Shown here piece after piece: positions 58,341 through 64,000 of a DNA stretch of 64,000 bases. The translations under genes and the position numbers were made by a program. The DNA is from a virus. Lineage: Duplodnaviria; Caudoviricetes. How positions within the stretch are numbered: position 1 is the first letter of the stretch; each line of letters opens with the position of its first letter. The stretch spans positions 1 through 64,000 of IMG/VR virus record IMGVR_UViG_3300028888_001547; one strand, 5' to 3'. Under the pieces are notes generated by a model. It ran no database searches. It was not told where the DNA came from and saw nothing but the letters and a program-made list of their open reading frames with translations.

Positions 58341-59390
58341 TTAAGCAACAAAAGCGTCGAGAATATCCTTCAGGTCACCGAGCTGACCGGTGATTCCGTA
58401 TACCTCGAGAGTCTGCTTTGTCTTACGCTGGATGTCATCAGCAGCGCGGTACATGTTCTCAAACTCGAGAGTAAGAGCATCGTACTGTGCACTGAGATCG
58501 GTCTCCATAGCGGGCTTGATGATGGGCCAAGTGCCCTCGCCACGGTTCAGGATACCCAGGTAACCCATAGCCCAAGACTCGCGGTCACGAACCAGTTTAG
58601 CTGAAGCAGGATACTGCTTGCCGGGAACCTTATTGATAGTTACGCCTTTTGGGAAATGCTTGTTCAGTGACTCCCATCCGTCTGCAGCAGGATCGGTGTA
58701 ATAAACATTAGCATTGAAACGAACTTTGTTAGCAGGGCTGATTGAATCTACGCTGTCGTCATCGTCATAAGGCATAGCGGTCAGAATAACCTTGTTTGCA
58801 ACAGAAGTATCGGCAGATACACGAGCGCGCTTCCACTCTTTGTTAATAATGCTACCAATATTAGCAGCAATAGTAGCAGGAGTATCGCCAACTTCAGTTA
58901 CATACTCGTAAGATTCTGTCCACTTGCGATAACGGTGAGGCATGTCCTTAAACGTCAGACGAACGACGATGCGCTTTCCACCATCAGCAAGCTTGTTCAG
59001 GAGCAGTACATCGAGATTAGTGAAGTCAATAGTAACCTCATCTTCAGTGTCTGCAGCATAAGTCAGAGCGTTAAAGCTCTTAATATCAGCAGCCTTAATC
59101 TCGTTAGACCACTTAATAATCGGCTGGAAAACAGTGCTGCCGTCAGGACGATGGAGAGCCATGTTCTTCTTGGTTACGATACCAACCTTAATGGTGTTGA
59201 TATTGCCTGCGTTAGCAGCAGTAACCTCGTACAGCTTGTTCTGAGCAACGTCAGGATCGCAGTTCATAATAATAAACTTGCCAGCGTCGGCAGAAGCAGT
59301 GTTCAAAGCGGCTGCGAATGCAGGAGCGGCATCAAGTACGGCACCAGTAGTAAGATTGCTAACAAGTACAGTGTTTACGTAATTTACCAT
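58341..59390 (-). CDS. Abundant structural protein, probably the auxiliary capsid protein
   Basis: 349 aa with no TAG and MCP-like codon bias; position after the ring genes matches crAss synteny. Confidence 0.7.
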   Translation of the reverse strand: MVNYVNTVLVSNLTTGAVLDAAPAFAAALNTASADAGKFIIMNCDPDVAQNKLYEVTAANAGNINTIKVGIVTKKNMALHRPDGSTVFQPIIKWSNEIKAADIKSFNALTYAADTEDEVTIDFTNLDVLLLNKLADGGKRIVVRLTFKDMPHRYRKWTESYEYVTEVGDTPATIAANIGSIINKEWKRARVSADTSVANKVILTAMPYDDDDSVDSISPANKVRFNANVYYTDPAADGWESLNKHFPKGVTINKVPGKQYPASAKLVRDRESWAMGYLGILNRGEGTWPIIKPAMETDLSAQYDALTLEFENMYRAADDIQRKTKQTLEVYGITGQLGDLKDILDAFVA

Positions 59391-59465
59391 AATTTAAATT
59401 AATTTTTTCTACTCCCCCTATATTTCAATGTCTAGACCTAACTAGCTGGGGTTTCCACGTTAAAA

Positions 59466-60158
59466 TTATTCTTGAGTATTTACTTCATTTACAATAGTAC
59501 GGTATCTTGGGTCTGCTTGATTTTCTATATACATCTAAGCAGCCATTTTGATAATCTCGTACATCGTATGATCATCGAAATCCGTGTACTCATTTCGCGG
59601 ATTATCGAGTGTTAATTCAGTAGGCTTCTTTAAGTAGCCTAAAGTATAGGATGAAATTGTATAATTCCCATCAGTAAGTAGATCACATCCACCTTCTTTT
59701 CTAATCCTAATAGGTCTTGCTTTATGATATTTGTAGTGAAAATCAGTAAGACTGTTATTTATTCTATACATGAAGCTATCCCTGGTACACTCGAATACAC
59801 AAGTGTTCATAGGGTGTCCTCCTTCTATAGAATCAATCACCACATCCTCATTAAGAGCATAAAGAAAATCGCTAGGATAAGAAACAGAAAATCTAACGAA
59901 GCTTGGATTTTCACCCTGTTCTTGTTGTAGGTCGTTCCAAGTTTGTTCTTTGAAAAGTTTGATAAGATCTTCCCTACGTTTTTCAGTTTGTTCATAGCCT
60001 GTCTTATGTATGAAGTCGCCATTGGTTCTAAGCTTAATAAACTTAGCAATGGACTAGTTTAACCAAAACAAAGAATCTTCAGTAGCAGGCTTATTTGCAG
60101 CATCATCAAGCTTATTTATTTCACGCTCAAAGTTCGCGATTACTTCAATATTTGTCAT
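59466..60158 (-). CDS. Tail ring protein paralog (~230 aa, TAG recoded)
   Basis: MTNIEVIANFEREINKLD...WLN*SIAKFIK...GYEQTEKRREDL...YLKKP. Confidence 0.72.
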
Positions 60159-60850
60159 TCTTCAGCCTCCTATTTCTTTGGTTGTTGTTTTGGTTGTGTA
60201 GCGGTAAGGTGCCTTATATACAAATCAGTTGCACCTGCGACAAGATCATTAAAACATTCCATTGGTAATTCACACGCAGTATCAGTAAGTATACTAAATT
60301 CCGCTGGTAGTTTTATATATGTAATATCTACATTATTTATTGTAGTATATTCATCATGGATTATTTTTATTTTACCTTGCTCAAGTACTGCAACAGGATT
60401 TCTAAGTATCCTATGCTGATCGTACGCTTGATTAATTATGGAGTTTGCCTCAGGTTGCTTAACCAATACGTTTGACACTTTAGCGCTCAATACTGGGTTT
60501 TTATAATTACCAGTAATACTAGAGACAGAACGTACATATGCATAGTAGTTATTAGGTAGTGTAAATACTGTGTTCCTAACATCTGCTGAGCCGTCTGACG
60601 CGCCATTTAGAAGCGTCTCGTGTGTTGTTAAGGTGCGTAAAAGATCTTCGATTAGAACGGCTGTACGTGAGCCAGAAGCCACGTTGTCATTCTATCTATA
60701 TAATTCATCTATATACTGTTTCTGAAATTGATTAAGAAACGCATATATATCTTCAGTATCAATCTTATTTTCAAGTTTAAACGTAGGCAGAATGGTTTGA
60801 AGCCTGCGCTCAACTTCTATACCAAGTTGTCTTGTTTCTTGTAATGTCAT
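60155..60850 (-). CDS. Tail ring protein paralog (~231 aa, TAG recoded)
   Basis: MTLQETRQLGIEVERRL...FLNQFQ...LPNNYYAYVRS...ITYIKLP. Confidence 0.72.
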
Positions 60851-61506
60851 GCTTCAAGTCCTCTTGTTTGTACCTTAGCAGTAAGTCTAGTAGACTCTAC
60901 ATTTTCGAGAGCAAATATTACTGCAAGGGAGATTAATTCTTCTGCCATTGTATCATTCAACTCAAACGTACCATTAAACTCGTCTGTAAACTTAGATGGC
61001 TCTTTTACATAAGTAATCTGTAATTCCCCAGGAGTCGCATCATAATAATTATCATATAGTACAATAAGCGTATTGTTTTCTATATAACCAACAGCATCCT
61101 TTATCCAAGGACGGTTGACACGTGTTTGTTTAAACTTCTTCGCGATTTCATGGTTGACAAGATCTACTATAGCGTCTTTACCAGACAACTTTACAACACT
61201 TGTTACATAATACAAGAAATCTGAAGGTAAGCTATATTGCATCGAATTATCAGCGAATCCTGATTGCGGGTTTGTATTCTAAGTAGATGTGACAACAAGG
61301 GGTTGTATGTCCGATATAGCTTTTGTATCTGCTTCAAACGGAGCTCTCCTCTAGTTGTTGCCAGTAACCTTCTGTGCTATCAAGGCAAGATAGGCTTTAT
61401 TAAGAATTGTAGCAATTTCGTAATTTGTAAGCGACGGATATGACGAAGTAACGTTGGCTTTGTCATATTCAATCATGAATTTTATTTTAATATCGTTGTG
61501 CGCCAT
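60847..61506 (-). CDS. Tail ring protein paralog (~219 aa, TAG recoded)
   Basis: MAHNDIKIKFMIEYDK...ILNKAYL...LPSDFLYYV...ITYVKEP. Confidence 0.72.
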
Positions 61507-61529
61507 ATCTCGTTGTATTGATCGTTAGA

Positions 61530-62282
61530 TCACTTATTTTCTACTTCGTTGATAATAGAAAGCCTCAAATCTTGGTTCTTCTTGTTGTCAAGATATGCGA
61601 TAGCGTCAACAAGCGAATCAGCAAACATATCTGTACCATAGAAGTAATGTGTCTTATCTTTACGAATAACACCCTTTGCAATAGCATTCTCAAGAAGGAA
61701 CTCTGTCTCTTTAGATTTGTTATTTACCCACTTATCAAAGAACTTCTTAGGATTCTTATCAACTTGATTAAACAGAGTAGACTCAACAAGTTCATTAGAC
61801 ATACGATCTGCACTCATACCAAACAGTCTGAGACACTGACGCATCTGCTCAAGCGACAACTTATCGAATTCCTTAATAGCATCACGACGCATCTTATTCT
61901 GCTTATTCTGCTCAATTGCCTCAGCCTCACGGTTGATCAACAGATAGTCTTTACCAGCATCAAGCTTATCAAGCGACGTAGCGACACGTTTGTGACCGCT
62001 AAGGAACTTAATAATCATAGCCTGACGAGGAATAGAATCGTCGAGAATAAGTGTACGTGTACCAATCTTTACTGAGAATGTAGTCCAAAAGTCAGACGTC
62101 TTAGAGAGATGTCCATCTTCATAACCAAGAGCTTTCTCAAAATACTTCTCATCTTCTGGGGTGAGACCCGTATATATCGACCCGGAACGTGTATAATATG
62201 GGGCAATGTAATCAAAACAATTCTTATACTTTACCAGCCCAATCCAGGGATTCTTCTTTTTAATCTTAAGTTCAACTACCAT
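61530..62282 (-). CDS. Conserved crAss-like protein immediately downstream of the major capsid gene
   Basis: 250-aa intact ORF with no TAG; synteny. Confidence 0.8.
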   Translation of the reverse strand: MVVELKIKKKNPWIGLVKYKNCFDYIAPYYTRSGSIYTGLTPEDEKYFEKALGYEDGHLSKTSDFWTTFSVKIGTRTLILDDSIPRQAMIIKFLSGHKRVATSLDKLDAGKDYLLINREAEAIEQNKQNKMRRDAIKEFDKLSLEQMRQCLRLFGMSADRMSNELVESTLFNQVDKNPKKFFDKWVNNKSKETEFLLENAIAKGVIRKDKTHYFYGTDMFADSLVDAIAYLDNKKNQDLRLSIINEVENK

Positions 62283-62301
62283 AATTTACATTAGTATGTT
62301 G

Positions 62302-62340
62302 AGTATCGAACAGGGGGTCTTTCGACCCCCGTCGAATACT
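62302..62340 (-). terminator. Stable GNRA hairpin after the capsid gene (partial terminator or mRNA 3' stabiliser)
   Basis: On the - strand: AGTATTCGAC-GGGGGTC-GAAA-GACCCCC-TGTTCGATACT; no strong U tract. Confidence 0.55.
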
Positions 62341-62359
62341 TATATTTTTGATATGTGCA

Positions 62360-63874
62360 TTAAATACCGCTATTAGCGATCTCAGTATCCTCTGCATCGC
62401 AGTACAGAATACCACAAGACAGCGGGTTACGTACGATGATACCAACCTCACCAAGGAAGTGAACCTGATAACCATCACGGCTATTAGAACGGAGTGTGTT
62501 AATGCTATTTGCGTAGCCATTAGGAGCTACAGAACCGCCAGTATACCACTGAACGAATTCACGACCCTTACGACAAACCTTAACGATGTTAGACTGACCG
62601 TCGAAGTTGCTAATGTTAACAAACAGGAACGTGTAAGACATCAGAGGCTTACCAGTCAGCGGGTGAAGCTGACGGAACATTTCCATATTGTCGAACATAG
62701 GACAACGCTTCAGAGACAGCGTAATACCATTAGTCATGTTGTAAGTAGTGAACTGACCACCGAGAGTCAGATTCTGACCACTACCAGTAACGAATACATT
62801 ATCGCACAGGTTGAAGCTAGCAACCTTCTCCTTCAGGATACGATCGAACTCACGAATACCCATCTCACCGGTCAGAGCAACGAACTTACGCTCGTTAGTA
62901 CCGAGGATGTTGTAGCAGAGGTCGAACAGATAATCCTCAAACAGCTCAGCTGTCAGCTTGGTGTAGTAACGAATGTTAGCCGGGCTAATCTGCTCGAACA
63001 GACCAGACATCGTGGGAACGGGACGACCGTTGGTACCCTTATTGATGTAAGTACCATCACTCAGACGGTTGCTCTTAGAGAAGAGCAGAGCGGTTTCCTC
63101 ACGCTTCTTCCACTCACGCAGAGCCTTCCAGTACTGATAGTCAGACCACAGATAAGACTTCTTACCAGTCTCAGGATCAGTCAGAGCGATAGCAAGTACG
63201 GTGCTGTAAGCATCACCAGTGATATCGTAGGTCAGACGGAGATTCTGCAGATGGTTGCGCATCTTAAACGGAGTCTGATAGTTGATGATATCAGCCTCGT
63301 CGCTGTACTCCTCGTAAGCAGAACCGATACGGCTTACCTGACGACCAGGAAGCAGGAGCTCACCAGGAATATAAGCGGCCTGTGAACCGTCAATTACATA
63401 ACACTCGTATACCCAGGTGCTACCATCCTGATAAGGAAGACCAGTAGTACGAACCTGGAAGTGGAAATCGTCGAAGCTAAGAACGGCACCAGGACCGAAC
63501 CAACGCTCCTCCAAACCGAGGTAGATAGGAGTGTTGCCAAGACCAGGAGTCATGGTGTTCTGGTTATAGTTAGCCAGAGATACCTCCTGACCATTCCACT
63601 TAGCAAAACGAATATTAACAGCGTGATCGCTGTCAATCTGTACGGCCCACTCTACTTCGCGATTCTCAACAATCATGGTCTTACCCAGACCACCTGTGAG
63701 CAGATCGATAGTCGTAGAAATACCGTCATCTTTGGTACCAAATACCAGTGAAAGCAGACCAGAGATCTCATGAGGCTTGGTCAGCAATGCGTTTGAAATC
63801 ATGTTCTCATCAACCAAATCGCTGAAACGCTTTCCGCGATAAAGCTGAAGATTGTTAAGTAAAGTATTATTCAT
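62360..63874 (-). CDS. Major capsid protein (crAss-like)
   Basis: 504 aa, very strong codon bias, no TAG; SAYEEYS, KMRNHL...RLTYDITG and GLFEQI motifs typical of crAss-like capsid proteins; heads the structural operon. Confidence 0.88.
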   Translation of the reverse strand: MNNTLLNNLQLYRGKRFSDLVDENMISNALLTKPHEISGLLSLVFGTKDDGISTTIDLLTGGLGKTMIVENREVEWAVQIDSDHAVNIRFAKWNGQEVSLANYNQNTMTPGLGNTPIYLGLEERWFGPGAVLSFDDFHFQVRTTGLPYQDGSTWVYECYVIDGSQAAYIPGELLLPGRQVSRIGSAYEEYSDEADIINYQTPFKMRNHLQNLRLTYDITGDAYSTVLAIALTDPETGKKSYLWSDYQYWKALREWKKREETALLFSKSNRLSDGTYINKGTNGRPVPTMSGLFEQISPANIRYYTKLTAELFEDYLFDLCYNILGTNERKFVALTGEMGIREFDRILKEKVASFNLCDNVFVTGSGQNLTLGGQFTTYNMTNGITLSLKRCPMFDNMEMFRQLHPLTGKPLMSYTFLFVNISNFDGQSNIVKVCRKGREFVQWYTGGSVAPNGYANSINTLRSNSRDGYQVHFLGEVGIIVRNPLSCGILYCDAEDTEIANSGI

Positions 63875-63895
63875 ATATATTTATAATTGTGTGCA

Positions 63896-64000
63896 TCAGA
63901 ACATACCACCTATAAGGTCTGTTACTGATTTTGTTTTATCATCGGCATTATAAGTGCTATGATTCTTTGCACTATGCCTTAACATTTTCCTAAGTTTATC
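63896..64000 (-). CDS. 3' end of the gene upstream of the capsid gene (partial)
   Basis: ...DKLRKMLRHSAKNHSTYNADDKTKSVTDLIGGMF* with TGA at 63896. Confidence 0.6.
   Translation of the reverse strand, partial: DKLRKMLRHSAKNHSTYNADDKTKSVTDLIGGMF

Noticed and set aside
59425-59460. ECF-type promoter GGAAAC...GTCTA upstream of the auxiliary capsid gene
   Set aside because: The 13-nt spacer is too short for typical ECF promoters, and no second copy was found.
20034-61506. Mass pseudogenisation or sequencing errors in the - strand genes
   Set aside because: Fragments stay in frame, the breaks checked are all TAG, and catalytic motifs are intact; recoding explains the pattern.
62348-63385. 345-aa + strand ORF (also 58935-59402, 61518-62075, 41782-42402, 53574-54173)
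   Set aside because: These are antisense shadows of codon-biased real genes and have no protein-like features.
1-64000. CRISPR array, diversity-generating retroelement, integrase/transposase, inteins
   Set aside because: I noticed no regularly spaced repeats, reverse transcriptase, recombinase or intein motifs in this window.

Overview
This window is about 64 kb of a crAss-like (Crassvirales) Bacteroidota phage genome with two converging gene blocks that meet at a bidirectional terminator (~19,990-20,035). The + strand block (1-19,961) reads in the standard code. It holds an ECF sigma factor, membrane and lipoprotein genes, basic hypothetical proteins, tRNA-Gln(TTG) and a replication module (family B DNA polymerase, DnaB-like helicase, AAA ATPase, SSB-like protein, primase, two PD-(D/E)XK nucleases). 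The - strand block (20,034-64,000) looks fragmented in the ORF track, but the fragments stay in frame and the breaks I checked are TAG, so TAG is a sense codon (probably Gln, code 15). Read this way, the block encodes the major capsid protein, ring/tail proteins, an auxiliary capsid protein, tail fibres, holin and spanin-like lysis genes, a muzzle/stabilisation protein, cargo proteins, a ~5,070-aa virion RNA polymerase and a ~1,960-aa polyvalent protein with ADP-ribosyltransferase and zincin motifs. The least explained elements are a ~2.3-kb ORF-free, hairpin-dense region (3,635-5,915), a second ~0.75-kb structured region, and three tRNA-like elements without normal anticodon arms upstream of the primase. 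All assignments come from reading motifs, frames and synteny by eye; no searches were run.
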